Source: Chloroflexia bacterium
Lineage (GTDB): Bacteria; Chloroflexota; Chloroflexia; DTKN01
Direction: 5' to 3'
Length of the DNA stretch: 64,000 nucleotides
Assembly (NCBI GenBank): GCA_016928715.1
Contig: JAFGKG010000219.1
Coordinates: forward strand, 29,671-93,670
Shown here: positions 10,277 through 22,000 of the stretch, in pieces
How positions within the stretch are numbered: position 1 is the stretch's first letter
Layout: each line of letters opens with the position of its first letter
Program-made: the position numbers and the translations under genes
Notes under the pieces: generated by a model
The model's input: only the letters and a program-made list of their open reading frames with translations
Databases searched by the model: none
Told to the model about the DNA's origin: nothing

Positions 10277-13200
10277 GTCCTCTTCGGCAGCCGGTTTGAG
10301 CGAATCCCAGGGCAGGCTTTCAAACTCTGGGCTATCGCTCTCCTCCAGGTCATCACCGCGCAAGAAGCGCATCGCCTGTTCACGCTCGAGACTGCGGGAG
10401 CCTTCCTCCTCCAGCGCGATGCGGGCCAGGCGCTGACGCTCTTCGGCCCGTTTACGGCGGATCTCCAGTCCTGTCCCAGCCGGGATCAGCCGCCCGATAA
10501 TGACATTTTCCTTCAGGCCGCGCAAATAGTCCATCTTGCCCATCACGGCCGCCTCTGTCAGCACACGGGTTGTCTCCTGGAAGGAGGCCGCGGCCAGCCA
10601 GGAATCGGTGTTCAAGGCCGCCTTGGTAATGCCGAGCAGGACCAGGTGCGCCGTCGCCGGTTCCCCACCGGCGGCGATCACGCGTGAATTCTCCTCTTGG
10701 TAGCTAGAACGATCCACCAGGTCCCCGGGCAAAAAGTCCGTATCCCCGGGGTCATCCACCTGGACCCGGCGCAGCATCTGCCGGATGATGATTTCCAGGT
10801 GCTTGTCATTGATGTCCACGCCCTGCGAGCAGTAGACGCTTTGGGCCTCATTGACCAGGTACGACTGGACCGCTTCGCGGCCGGCAATCTGCAATAGAGC
10901 TCGCGGATCGATCGAGCCCTCGGTCAGGCGATGGCCGGCCTCGATCCACTGTTCTTCGCGTACACGCAGGCGAACGGGAATCGGCACTTCGTACTCGCGC
11001 ACCTCTTCCTCGGCCCCCCGCAGCACAATCCGGCCGTCCTCCATAAAGACCTGACCGGCGACGCTGGCTACAATCGAAGGGCGGTCGTCGTCCTCTACAT
11101 TAGTCTCGGCCAACAGATCGCCCTCCTCGACCTCATCACCTTCCTCTACCCGGCAGACGAATTGTTCGGGGATCTCGTACACATCGCTGTAGGCCTCGCT
11201 GTGGACCACCCGGATAATGCGATGGTCGCCCTCGCGAATGATCTCGACGGTGCCATCGATATCGGCGATCTCGGCTTTCCCCTTGGGCAGGCGGGCCTCG
11301 AAAACCTCCTGCACCCGGGGCAGACCCTTGGTAATATCCAACTCGGATTTGACCCCACCGGTGTGAAAGGTGCGCAGCGTAAGCTGGGTACCCGGCTCAC
11401 CAATGGACTGGGCGGCGATGATACCAATGGCCTCGCCGATGCCCACCAGATTGCCGGTGGCCAAATTGCGGCCATAGCAGAGCGAGCAGAGACCGATCGG
11501 GGCCTGGCAGGAGAGCGGCGAGCGGACGAAAAAGTTGGTGAGGGCCTCCTCTTCCAAGAGACGCCGGGCCTCCGCGGGCACCTCTTCGTCTCCTCGCAGG
11601 ATCGCCTTGCGGCGCTCTGGCCGCAGCAAGGGCAGGGGGCGATCGAGGATCTTGGCCACCTGCTGCCAGACCTTTTGATTGATCTGGTCCACCCGCTCCC
11701 AGGCCTGTTCGTCAAATTCGTCGTTGCGGTCCACCAGGATTTCGCCACTGCTCGGATCGGCTACGGGCAAGGCCATCCGGCGCCCAATCAGGCGGGCGCT
11801 CAGTTCCTCGATAGTATGGTCGGCCTCGCGGACCCAGATGCCGCCTTCCGTCTCGCAGTCCTCACTGACAATGGTGACATCCTGGGCCACATCGACCAGG
11901 CGGCGGGTCAGATAACCGGCCTCGGCCGTACGCAGAGCGGTATCGGCCAGGCCTTTGCGTCCACCGTGGGTAGAGACAAAGTACTCCAGAACCGAAAGTC
12001 CCTCACGAAAGTTGGAACGAATGGGCAGGTCGATAATCCGGCCCGCCGGATCGGTCATCAGACCGCGCATGCCGGCCATCTGGCGAATCTGCTCGATATT
12101 GCCGCGGGCGCCGGAGGTGGCCATCATATAGACCGGGCCAAAGCGATCCAGTGTATTCGAGACCTCGGAGGTAATTTTTTGCGTGGCCTCGGTCCAGACC
12201 TCCACAGTGCCCCGATAGCGCTCGCCCTCGGTAATCAGACCGCGCCGGAACTGCCGCTCCAGGTTTTCCACCTCGCTATCGGCCTTGGAAAGGAGCTCCG
12301 TCTTGCCCTCGGGGATCTCGATATCCTCTATCCCGATGGTCAGGCCGGCCCGCGTGGCAAAGCGAAAGCCCAGTTGCTTAATCCGGTCGGCCATAGCGGC
12401 CGTCTCTTCGGCGCCATACTGACGGTAGCACTCGGCGATGATGCGACGCAAGGCCTTTTTATCCATAATCTCGTTGCGGAAGCGCAAACCTTCGGGCAGT
12501 ACCTCATTGAGAATGACCCGACCCAGGCAGGTTTCCAGAAGCTCATTGCCGATCTGGTAAGAGGGGGGAAGCAGGATGCGGATCTTGGTCTGGAGTCCGA
12601 TCAGGCCGGCATCGTAGGCCATCAGGGCCTCCTCCAGGCTGGAGAAAGCCTTGCCCTCCCCCCAAGCACCCGGCCGAACCAAGGTCATATAGTAGCAACC
12701 CAAGACCATCTCCTGGCTAGGGGTAATGATGGGGGAACCGGTGGCCGGAGAGAGCAGATTGTGCACTGAAAGCATACGATTGCGCGCTTCCTGCTGTGCC
12801 CGTTCTGAAAGCGGCACATGCACGGCCATCTGGTCGCCATCAAAGTCGGCGGCAAAAGCCGTACAGACGAGCGGGTGCAATTGGATGGCACTGCCCTCGA
12901 TCAGGACGGGCTCAAAAGCCTGAATGGAAAGGCGGTGCAGGGAGGGAGCCCGGTTCAGCAGCACCAAATAATTCTGCACGACCTCTTCCAGGACATCCCA
13001 GACCTCTGGACGGATCCGCTCGACACTGCGTTTGGCACTCTTGATGTTATGCGCATAGCCCCGTGCGACCAGGCCACGCATCACAAAAGGCTTGAACAGC
13101 TCGAGGGCCATCCGCTTGGGCAGACCACACTGGTGCAGCTTGAGATTGGGGCCGACCACAATGACCGAGCGGCCGGAATAGTCGACCCGCTTGCCCAAGA

Positions 13201-14728
13201 GATTTTGCCGAAAGCGGCCCTGCTTGCCCTTGAGCATATCCGAGAGGGACTTGAGGCGGTGTTTGCCCCGCCCAGAGACGGCCCTCCCGCGCCGACCATT
13301 GTCAATGAGTGCGTCTACAGCCTCCTGCAGCATACGCTTTTCGTTGCGGATAATGATCTCTGGCGCTTTGAGTTCCAACAAGCGGCGCAGGCGGTTGTTA
13401 CGGTTGATCACGCGGCGGTACAGGTCGTTGAGATCCGAGGTAGCGAAACGACCCCCATCCAACTGCACCATCGGTCTCAAATCCGGGGGCAGCACGGGCA
13501 GCACCGTCATGATCATCCACTCCGGACGGTTGCCAGACTTGCGGAAGGACTCGACCACCCGCAGCCGTTTGCCCGCCTTTTTGCGGCGCTGGGCCGACGT
13601 ACTGGTCTCCATTTCCTCCTTCAGTTCCACGGACAAGAGATTCAGGTCCAAGCGCCCCAAGATGTCCCGCACGGCCCCCGCGCCCATATCGGCCCGAAAG
13701 ATGTTGCCGCAGGCCTCTCGATACTCGCGGTACTGCGCCTCTGTGAGGAGCATAGAGCGATACAGTTCCTTGACCATACGCTGGCGGCGATCGGCTTCTT
13801 GGCGAATCTGGTCTATCTGCTCCTGGGCGGACTCTTCCAGGCGGGCGCTCTCTTGCTCGGCCACGTAGGAACGCTGGTCGCGCTCGGCCTCGGTTTGCAT
13901 CCGGGCATCCGATTGTTTTTGGCGTCCGATAGGTTCGACGGTCTCGATAGCCGCCTGGACAACATGGGTCAACTCGACCAAGTTGTCAGCAGTGACGGTC
14001 TCTCCCTCCTGAACAATGACCTCTCCAGTGGGCTCAAAAACGAGGGTGCGATGGGCCGGCCCGCCTTTCCAGGCCTCCAGTTCGGCTTCGATCTCTTTGG
14101 CCGCCTGCACAAAGGTCTCGGTCTGCTCCAGCAGCTCTTCCTCAAAGCGCTCCAGGGTAGCCTCCAGGGCGCGATCCAGCACGCCGAGTTCCCCTGCCAA
14201 CTGCTCGCGGAGGCGTTCTATTTGCTCGCCGGTCTCGGCTTCCACCTGGGCAATTTCCTCGGACACTTGTTTTTCGATGCGCTCCAGCAGGCTGGCCCGG
14301 CGGTCCTCATCCACATCGGTGACAATATAGGCAGCAAAATAGATGACCCGTTCCAGATTGCGCAGGGTGACGTTCAGCAGCAGACCCAGGCGGCTGGGAG
14401 TCCCCTTGACAAACCAGATGTGGGTAATCGGCGCCGCCAACTCGATGTGGCCCATGCGTTCGCGGCGCACGCGGGAACGCGTCACTTCGACCCCACACTT
14501 GTCGCAGATAATGCCATGGTGGCGCACGCGCTTGTACTTGCCACAGGCACATTCCCAGTCCTTGGTAGGACCAAAGATGCGTTCACAAAACAGCCCGTCC
14601 CGCTCGGCCCGCAGAGTACGGTAGTTGATCGTCTCCGGTTTGGTCACTTCTCCGTGAGACCAACGGCGGATTTCCTCCGGCGAAGCCACACCAATGCGAA
14701 TGGCCGTAATCTCGTTGATTCTTGTCAT
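10271..14728 (-). CDS. rpoC: DNA-directed RNA polymerase subunit beta'
   Basis: KPETINYRT, Zn finger CACGKY...[19 protein letters not shown], bridge helix/trigger loop [22 protein letters not shown]. Confidence 0.99.
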   Translation of the reverse strand: MTRINEITAIRIGVASPEEIRRWSHGEVTKPETINYRTLRAERDGLFCERIFGPTKDWECACGKYKRVRHHGIICDKCGVEVTRSRVRRERMGHIELAAPITHIWFVKGTPSRLGLLLNVTLRNLERVIYFAAYIVTDVDEDRRASLLERIEKQVSEEIAQVEAETGEQIERLREQLAGELGVLDRALEATLERFEEELLEQTETFVQAAKEIEAELEAWKGGPAHRTLVFEPTGEVIVQEGETVTADNLVELTHVVQAAIETVEPIGRQKQSDARMQTEAERDQRSYVAEQESARLEESAQEQIDQIRQEADRRQRMVKELYRSMLLTEAQYREYREACGNIFRADMGAGAVRDILGRLDLNLLSVELKEEMETSTSAQRRKKAGKRLRVVESFRKSGNRPEWMIMTVLPVLPPDLRPMVQLDGGRFATSDLNDLYRRVINRNNRLRRLLELKAPEIIIRNEKRMLQEAVDALIDNGRRGRAVSGRGKHRLKSLSDMLKGKQGRFRQNLLGKRVDYSGRSVIVVGPNLKLHQCGLPKRMALELFKPFVMRGLVARGYAHNIKSAKRSVERIRPEVWDVLEEVVQNYLVLLNRAPSLHRLSIQAFEPVLIEGSAIQLHPLVCTAFAADFDGDQMAVHVPLSERAQQEARNRMLSVHNLLSPATGSPIITPSQEMVLGCYYMTLVRPGAWGEGKAFSSLEEALMAYDAGLIGLQTKIRILLPPSYQIGNELLETCLGRVILNEVLPEGLRFRNEIMDKKALRRIIAECYRQYGAEETAAMADRIKQLGFRFATRAGLTIGIEDIEIPEGKTELLSKADSEVENLERQFRRGLITEGERYRGTVEVWTEATQKITSEVSNTLDRFGPVYMMATSGARGNIEQIRQMAGMRGLMTDPAGRIIDLPIRSNFREGLSVLEYFVSTHGGRKGLADTALRTAEAGYLTRRLVDVAQDVTIVSEDCETEGGIWVREADHTIEELSARLIGRRMALPVADPSSGEILVDRNDEFDEQAWERVDQINQKVWQQVAKILDRPLPLLRPERRKAILRGDEEVPAEARRLLEEEALTNFFVRSPLSCQAPIGLCSLCYGRNLATGNLVGIGEAIGIIAAQSIGEPGTQLTLRTFHTGGVKSELDITKGLPRVQEVFEARLPKGKAEIADIDGTVEIIREGDHRIIRVVHSEAYSDVYEIPEQFVCRVEEGDEVEEGDLLAETNVEDDDRPSIVASVAGQVFMEDGRIVLRGAEEEVREYEVPIPVRLRVREEQWIEAGHRLTEGSIDPRALLQIAGREAVQSYLVNEAQSVYCSQGVDINDKHLEIIIRQMLRRVQVDDPGDTDFLPGDLVDRSSYQEENSRVIAAGGEPATAHLVLLGITKAALNTDSWLAAASFQETTRVLTEAAVMGKMDYLRGLKENVIIGRLIPAGTGLEIRRKRAEERQRLARIALEEEGSRSLEREQAMRFLRGDDLEESDSPEFESLPWDSLKPAAEEDS

Positions 14729-14789
14729 TCAGCTATCCTCTCAGTCCAGGCAGGTCAGCACAAGCCCCCGGCCGGATCTCCTAACAACG

Positions 14790-17700
14790 CTATTCTCTTT
14801 CGATACCAGAGAGGTTGATCCCCTCCAGCCCAATCAGGGGCCGAGTTTGTTGCCCCGCGTTGTCAATATCCACTGCCGCCTCATCGTCGCCATAGATCTC
14901 GACCGACAATCCCAAGCTTTGCAGTTCCTTGACCAACACCTTAAAGGCCTCAGGGATACCCACCTCCTGAATGGGCTCCCCTTTGACAATCGCCTCATAG
15001 GTCTTGCTGCGGCCATTGATATCATCGGACTTGACCGTGAGCATTTCTTGCAGCGTATAAGCCGCCCCATAAGCCTCCAGCGCCCAGACCTCCATCTCGC
15101 CAAAGCGCTGCCCACCGAACTGGGCTTTGCCGCCCAGGGGCTGCTGGGTGACCAGGGAATAGGGGCCGGTAGAGCGGGCGTGGATTTTGTCCTCCACCAG
15201 GTGGGCCAGCTTCATCATATAGATATAGCCCACCGCGACAGGATTTTCAAAGGGCTCTCCGGTGCGGCCATCGTAGAGCGTGATCTTGCCATTATCGGGG
15301 AGGCCGGCTTTTACCAGCATATCTTCGATATCCCTTTCCTCGGCGCCGTCAAAGACGGGGGTGGCGACCTTGATCCCCAATCTGAGTGCGGCCCAGCCGA
15401 GATGGGTCTCGAGTAGCTGCCCAATGTTCATGCGCGAGGGCACGCCCAGCGGGTTGAGGACAATATCCACCGGCGTACCATCGGGCAGAAAGGGCATATC
15501 TTCAACGGGCAGGATACGCGAGATGACGCCCTTGTTGCCGTGCCGCCCGGCCATCTTGTCCCCGGCGGCGATTTTACGCCGCTGGGCAATGAGGACCCGC
15601 ACCATCGTGTGCACGCCAACCGAGAGTTCGTCGCCCTGGTCGCGGGAAAATATCTTGACATCAATCACCCGGCCGGAGACCCCATGGGGAACCCGCAGGG
15701 AAGAATCCCGCACCTCGCGGGCCTTTTCTCCAAAGATCGCCCGCAGCAGGCGCTCCTCGGCGGTCAGGTCCGTCTCTCCCTTGGGCGTGATCTTGCCCAC
15801 CAGGATCTCACCCGGCCCGACCTCGGCCCCGATATAAACCACGCCGGCTTCGTCCAGATTGGCGAGCAGGTCCTGACCTACATTGGGGATATCCCGGGTA
15901 ATCTCCTCCGGGCCCAACTTGGTATCGCGGGCCTCACATTCGTACTTTTCGATGTGCACGGAGGTATAGACGTCCTCCCGTTCCAGCCGCTCGCTGATGA
16001 GGATGGCGTCCTCAAAGTTACCTCCCTCCCAGGGCAAAAAGGCCACCAGGACGTTGCGCCCCAAGGCCAGTTCTCCATTGTCGGTAGAAGGCCCATCGGC
16101 GATGACCTGCCCGGCGACCACCCCATCCCCCTTTTGCACAATCGGCCGCTGGTGAATGCAGGTATCCTGATTGGAACGACGGAATCCAATCAGCGGATAG
16201 GTGCGCTCAAAACCATCCTCTTCCCGCACCAGGATTTCGTCGGCCACCGCCCGCAGCACCTCGCCGTCAGCGGCGGCAATAGCCACCAGGCCGGAATCAC
16301 GGGCCGCCTGGTACTCCATGCCCGTACCGACCAGGGGCGATTCCGGCACCAGCAGGGGCACGGCCTGTCGCTGCATGTTGGAACCCATCAGGGCACGGTT
16401 GGCATCGTCATGTTCCAGGAAGGGGATCAGGGCCGTGGATACCGAAACAACCTGTTTGGGCGACACATCCATAAAGTCGATTTGGTCGGCGCGCTCCAGG
16501 GTGGGCCGGGAACCTCGCCGGGCCGTGACCCGCTCGTCGATGAAGCGATTGCGCTCGTCCAGGCGGGCATTGGCTTGGGCAATGGTATACCGATCGTCCT
16601 CGTCGGCGGAGAGATAGGTGATCTCTTGGCTTACCGTCGGATGCACCGCAATGCGTTTCAAGGGCAGCGCCGCGATCCGCTTGCTCAGGGCCTCGTCAAT
16701 TTCTGTGCCGGCTGCCGCGACCAACTCGCCGCTCTGCGGATCGGTTACGTCCTGGCGCAACAGATGCCCTTCCAGGAGTACCGCCCGGTTCTCCAACTCG
16801 CGGACGACCCGGCGATAGGGGGTCTCGATAAAACCAAGCGGGTTAACCCGCCCATAGGTCGCCAGGCTGCCAATCAAGCCGATGTTGGGGCCCTCGGGGG
16901 TTTCTACCGGACAAATACGCCCATAGTGTGAATGGTGCACATCTCGGACCTCAAAGCCGGCCCGATCACGGGAAAGGCCACCCGGCCCCAGCGCCGAAAG
17001 GCGCCGCTTGTGGGTCAACTCGGCCAAGGGGTTGGTCTGGTCCATGAACTGGGAAAGCTGGCTGCCACCAAAGAATTCTCGAATCGCCGCCACCAGCGGT
17101 CGAATGTTGATCAGACGATTGGGCATCACTGTTTCGGGCTCGCTCATGGTCATCCGCTCACGGATGATGCGCTCTATGCGCAGCAAGCCAATACGGAATT
17201 GGTTCTGCACGAGCTCGCCCACCGTGCGGACCCGGCGATTGCCCAGATGGTCAATATCATCCGGTTCGCCCCAACCATTGTTCAGACGGATCAGCTCTTC
17301 AACGATGCGAATAATGTCCGCCGTAACCAGGGTGCGCTGGTTCAAGGGCGGCGGATCCTGATGCCCACTGATCACGCGCACGTAAAAGCGGCTGCAAAGA
17401 TGCTCAAACTCGTATTCCGCAGGACCAATCCAAAGGTCCTGGCCCTCTTGACACATCTCGCAGCCCGGGCAGATGTACCAGCCGCACTCGGGGCACATCT
17501 CGACTTTGCTCGAGTCAATCAAATGGGCCTCATCCCGCCAGCAGGTCACGGATTCCCCACTCAGGGCCAGTTCTACCACCTCTTGGGTCTGGGCCCGCAG
17601 TGCTTTTATCTCGTTCTCTTCCAGGCTGAGCCCCCCCCTGGCCCGCTCCAACCACCAGACGCGCTGCTGCACCATGTCATCAACAAGTTCTTGATCCGCC

Positions 17701-18710
17701 CCATGCTCGCGGGCCTGCTGCCAAAGATCCAGCCAGGCGCGCCGGCGCTCCAAACCCTCTCGGACCTCCGGCTCCAGCGTGCGATTCTCCCACAAGCGGC
17801 GGTTCAATTTGTAGCGTCCGACCTTGGCCAGGTTGTAACGCCGCTCATCAAAGAGCATGCTCTCCAGTAAATTGCGCGCATTGTCCAAAGTAGGGGGATC
17901 GCCGGGACGAAGCCGCCGATAGATTTCCAGCAATGCCTCCGGCTGGTCCGTACTGGGATCCCGGCCCAGCGTGGCCTCGATAAAGGAACGATCCGTCGAG
18001 GTATCCACATGTTGGAAAAGAGCCCGAAGCTCGTCATCCGTATCGTAGCCCAACGCTCGCAATAGAATGGTCACCGGGATTTTGCGCCGCCGATCCATCT
18101 TGACCGAGAGAACATTGCGGCGATTGGTCTCGAAATCCAGCCAGGCTCCCCGCGCCGGAATCAACTTGGCTGCGTACAGGGGCAAACCATCGCGGGTCTC
18201 GTCCTTGAACTGAAAATAGCAACCCGGGGAACGGACCAACTGGGAGACCACCACCCGCTCAGCCCCGTTGATGATAAAGGTAGCCCGGTTGGTCATCCAG
18301 GGAAAATCACCACAAAAAATCTCTTGCTCCCGGACCTCACCCGACTCTTTGATGTGGAGTTGGACTTGAACGCGCAGAGGACGAGCGTAGGTGGCATCCC
18401 GTTCCCGGGCCTCGCTCTCACTGTAACGGGGCTCCCCAAAGTAATAGTGCAAAAAGTACAGCTCCATCTTGCGCCCGGTGAAATCCTGTACCGGCGAGAT
18501 CTCGGTAAAAATCTGCTGCAGGCCCTCCTCGACAAACCAATGGAAGGACTCCAACTGGGTCTGGATCAGGTGGGGCATGGGTAAAATTTCAGGGATCCGC
18601 GAGAAGGAATGCCGCTCGGGTCGCTTGACCTCTCGAATGGGGTGCTGTGGACCCGGTAAAGAATCCTCTACCGTCACAGACTGTTCAGGAGTACGAACAA
18701 CAACGGACAT
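14790..18710 (-). CDS. rpoB: DNA-directed RNA polymerase subunit beta
   Basis: [63 protein letters not shown]. Confidence 0.99.
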   Translation of the reverse strand: MSVVVRTPEQSVTVEDSLPGPQHPIREVKRPERHSFSRIPEILPMPHLIQTQLESFHWFVEEGLQQIFTEISPVQDFTGRKMELYFLHYYFGEPRYSESEARERDATYARPLRVQVQLHIKESGEVREQEIFCGDFPWMTNRATFIINGAERVVVSQLVRSPGCYFQFKDETRDGLPLYAAKLIPARGAWLDFETNRRNVLSVKMDRRRKIPVTILLRALGYDTDDELRALFQHVDTSTDRSFIEATLGRDPSTDQPEALLEIYRRLRPGDPPTLDNARNLLESMLFDERRYNLAKVGRYKLNRRLWENRTLEPEVREGLERRRAWLDLWQQAREHGADQELVDDMVQQRVWWLERARGGLSLEENEIKALRAQTQEVVELALSGESVTCWRDEAHLIDSSKVEMCPECGWYICPGCEMCQEGQDLWIGPAEYEFEHLCSRFYVRVISGHQDPPPLNQRTLVTADIIRIVEELIRLNNGWGEPDDIDHLGNRRVRTVGELVQNQFRIGLLRIERIIRERMTMSEPETVMPNRLINIRPLVAAIREFFGGSQLSQFMDQTNPLAELTHKRRLSALGPGGLSRDRAGFEVRDVHHSHYGRICPVETPEGPNIGLIGSLATYGRVNPLGFIETPYRRVVRELENRAVLLEGHLLRQDVTDPQSGELVAAAGTEIDEALSKRIAALPLKRIAVHPTVSQEITYLSADEDDRYTIAQANARLDERNRFIDERVTARRGSRPTLERADQIDFMDVSPKQVVSVSTALIPFLEHDDANRALMGSNMQRQAVPLLVPESPLVGTGMEYQAARDSGLVAIAAADGEVLRAVADEILVREEDGFERTYPLIGFRRSNQDTCIHQRPIVQKGDGVVAGQVIADGPSTDNGELALGRNVLVAFLPWEGGNFEDAILISERLEREDVYTSVHIEKYECEARDTKLGPEEITRDIPNVGQDLLANLDEAGVVYIGAEVGPGEILVGKITPKGETDLTAEERLLRAIFGEKAREVRDSSLRVPHGVSGRVIDVKIFSRDQGDELSVGVHTMVRVLIAQRRKIAAGDKMAGRHGNKGVISRILPVEDMPFLPDGTPVDIVLNPLGVPSRMNIGQLLETHLGWAALRLGIKVATPVFDGAEERDIEDMLVKAGLPDNGKITLYDGRTGEPFENPVAVGYIYMMKLAHLVEDKIHARSTGPYSLVTQQPLGGKAQFGGQRFGEMEVWALEAYGAAYTLQEMLTVKSDDINGRSKTYEAIVKGEPIQEVGIPEAFKVLVKELQSLGLSVEIYGDDEAAVDIDNAGQQTRPLIGLEGINLSGIERE

Positions 18711-18826
18711 TCAACGCCTCCACAGTGTTAAGGCCGGTCCTCACAGACCAGGCGAGCTTTTCGATAGGTTGGGGGTACCGTTCTTTAGGGGGATAAAACA
18801 CCAACGAACCGCCCATCCAGTAGCAC

Positions 18827-18855
18827 TGGACAGGAACCTTGGTTTTGTGTATAAT
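18827..18855 (+). promoter_or_regulatory. sigma70-type promoter for the GH/ligase gene
   Basis: TGGACA-N17-TATAAT. Confidence 0.6.
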
Positions 18856-19017
18856 ACCCTTGATCCAGGAAAGCACATCGCTTGGAGAGAATGCCCCAGA
18901 GACCTGTTGGTCCAGGTATGTTTTTGCGAGGAAACAGGAACTCAAATCTTGCCGCCTACCGCTCGGTTTCCGTTCCTGGCAACGTACCAATTTTTGTGCC
19001 CCACCCCCGAGGACACA

Positions 19018-22000
19018 ATGCCCCACTTTAAGAAAACTTCAATCGAACAGTATACCATAAAAAGAATTATTTGTCAACTCACCGCCTTGACCATTCTAAC
19101 GAGCCTGCTGGCGACGCTGCTGGCCGCCGTCGTCTGGCTGGATAACAACTATAACCGCGGGGTCTCCTGGGGGCCAGAGCTGCCCCGCATCGCCCAAGCC
19201 GACGTACATCCCTTGGGCGTCAACCTCTTTTTGGACCGCGAGCCGGCAGAGAGCAACATCCGCCGCACTCTGAAGCTGACGCAGGACATGGGCGCTCATT
19301 GGGTCAAGCAGCTCTTCCCCTGGGACCAAATCGAGCCCACGGCCAAGGGGGACTTTTGGGACGAGCGCTACGGCCACAGCACCTGGTCCCATTATGATCT
19401 CATCGTCCAGCTCTGCCAGGAGCATAACCTGTCCTTGATCGTCCGCCTGGACCGTCCACCCGAGTGGGCCCGCCAGGAGGCACTGCGCAACCCGACCCTG
19501 CAGGCAGCCCTACAGGAAAACCCAGCCCTCGATATCACGGGACCCCCGGACCACCTCTCCGATTATGGCGATTTTGTCTATGCCGTCGTCTCCCGCTATC
19601 GGGGCCAGATCCACTACGTCCAAATCTGGAACGAACCCAATCTGGCCAATGAATGGAACTGGGACGCCATCGATCCAGAGCACTTTGTCGAGCTACTGCG
19701 CATCGCTTACAGCCGCGCCAAAGAGGCCGATCCGGACGTGCAGGTGATCTTTCCCAGCCTGGCCCCCAATGATGGCCGCGATCCCCGTCACATGAGTGAC
19801 CTGGAGTTTTTAAAACGAGTTTATGAGGCCGGCGGGGGAGGCTATTTTGACATCATGTCCGCCCAGCTCTATGGCCTGGGCCAACCCCCCACAGAGCACT
19901 CCCCCCTAGGTCTGGACCGAACCCAGGGGCGCTTACTGACCCGCACGGACGTCTCGCGCATTGTCCTGCTGCGCGAGATCATGGAGCAGCACGGAGATTG
20001 GGACAAGGCTATCTGGATCGGCGAACTGGGCTGGAATGCTGTCCCCAATGATTGGGCCGGCCAAGCCAGTCCATGGGGCGCCTCCGTCGACGAGCAGACC
20101 AAAGGCCGCTACATCACAGCCGCCCTAGACCGTTCCCTGCACGAATGGCCCTGGGCAGGCGTGCACAACCTCTGGTTCCTGCACTGGGATGGCCCTGCGC
20201 CCAAGGCGGATGACCCCACACCCTTTTTTGCCCTGGTGGACCATGATTACAATGCATTGCCGGCCTACGCGGCTGTGCAAAAGTGGGCCACCCAGGGCAT
20301 TCCCCTCGGCGTGGGCTATCACCGTCTCCCGCCCCAATCCGGCCTGGACCTGCGCTTTGTGGGGACCCGCCTGGACCTGCTGCTGCCGGCGAACGATGAC
20401 GCCCAGGGGCTAGAGTTCATTGTGGATGGCGTCCGCCAAGAGCCGCACTTTTGGCGCTATGAGGGCACCGAGTCTCGCTACATCGTCGCCCGGGACCTGC
20501 CGGATACAACGCATACACTGCGGCTGTCCGCCCCAGCCGGGCTCTCCTGGTCTTGCTACGTCGTGCGCGAACAGCCCTGGCCCTGGCTTTTCCCCAGCCT
20601 GAGCGCCCTCCTGGCCATCGCCCTGCTCATCAGCGTGATCCTCCTACTGCGACGCCTGCCGGCCAGCCTGGCCGCGCTCTGGACCTGGGCCTGGCGCGCC
20701 AGGGCCCGCTTCCACGCCTGCCCGAACGCGCTGCAGAACGGACTGATCCTCGGCGGTATGGCCCTGAGCCTGCTCCTGTTCTACCTCCTGCGCGGGCAGC
20801 CCTCCCTCCTGGCCCTGCCGGCCGCCCTATTGCTGTTAGCCGCCCAGGTCCTCTTGGCCCTGCTGCGCCTCGACCTGGCCCTGCTGGCCGCGGTTTTCTT
20901 TATCCCCCTCTACGCCCAACCCGTCCAGTTCGCCGGACGGCAGTTCGCCCCCTTTGAGCTGATCATCCTGGCCTGCCTGGCCGCGGCCGGCCTGGAACTG
21001 CTGCGCTCGGACCGCCGGCGCGCTTTTCTAGCCCGGCTGAACCTCTCGCAACTGCTGCCAGCCCTGCTCTTTATGTTAGTCTGCGCCGGTTCCCTGCTCT
21101 GGTCGACCGATCGCTCCTTCGTCACCGACGAGGGGATCGGCCTGCTGCGAATTTCCCTGCGCGAGTTCCGCGTCACCGTGCTGGAACCTTTCCTGCTCTA
21201 CCCCCTGCTGCTGCTGGCCCTGCCCCGGCTCCGTTCGGCCGGCGCGCCGGTCGGCAGTCCGGAACGAGAAGCACAACTGCAGCAACAGCATCGGCAGGCG
21301 GGACAATTCTGGTGGCCCATCGACGCCCTGGTCTTCAGCGCTGCCTTGGTCTCGCTGGGGGGGATCGTGCAGGTGCTCAACCCCGCCCTGCACGCCGAGG
21401 TCGCCGATGGCGTACGCCGGGCCAGCTCGGTCTATGGGACCTTTTCGCCCAACAACCTGGCCCTCTTTTTGGGCCGGGTGCTGGCCCTGGCCGCCGCTGG
21501 CGGGATCTTTTTGGCACGGGGCCGGCGCAAGCGGCTGTACCTGGCCGCGCTGCCCCTGCTGGGAACCGCCTTTTTGCTGACCTACTCTCGGAGCGGGCTC
21601 ATCGCCTTGGCCCTGCTGCTGCTGTTCTACGGCCTCCAGGTCAGCCGATTGCTGCTCTGGGCGGAACTGGGACTGGGTGCCGCAGGGTCTCTTTTCCTCT
21701 GGCTGACCGGGGGCCTGCAACGTCTACTGGCCACAGATACCCTGGGCAACCGCCTGACCATGTGGCGCAGGGCCTGGGTCCTGGTACGCGAGCACCCCTG
21801 GCTGGGCCTCGGCCTGGATGCATTTTACCATCACTACCACCGACGTTATCCCGAGCTGGGAGCAGAAGCCTACTGGACGCCGCATAATGTTGTACTGGAA
21901 TTTTGGACGCGCTTGGGCCTGTTGGGGCTCGCCGGGGCGGCCTGGCTCTATGGGGCCTTTTTCGCCCGGGCCGGCCGGCTCTACCGGCAACTGCAGGATC

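Noticed and set aside
11360-11395. Trigger loop TQLTLRTFH (Leu where E. coli has Met932)
   Set aside because: Leu at this position is a common natural variant
10931-14818. Long + strand ORFs (612 aa, 666 aa) and similar ones opposite rpoB, dnaK, uvrC and the MCP
   Set aside because: Antisense shadows of high-GC coding genes; no recognisable motifs or RBS
16625-16810. Second RpoB insertion ([19 protein letters not shown])
   Set aside because: Looks like the known beta-beta' module type of lineage-specific insert; not considered novel
16975-17075. Possible rifampicin-resistance substitutions in RpoB cluster I
   Set aside because: [23 protein letters not shown] retains the sensitive-type Q, D, H and S residues
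17345-17790. Intein as explanation for the RpoB insertion
   Set aside because: No N-terminal C/S splice block, no C-terminal HN-C/S/T and no LAGLIDADG motifs
18469-19017. N-terminal 183 aa of the 1224-aa ORF
   Set aside because: Overlaps rpoB and its leader; a promoter at 18827-18855 and an RBS before ATG 19018 indicate the later start
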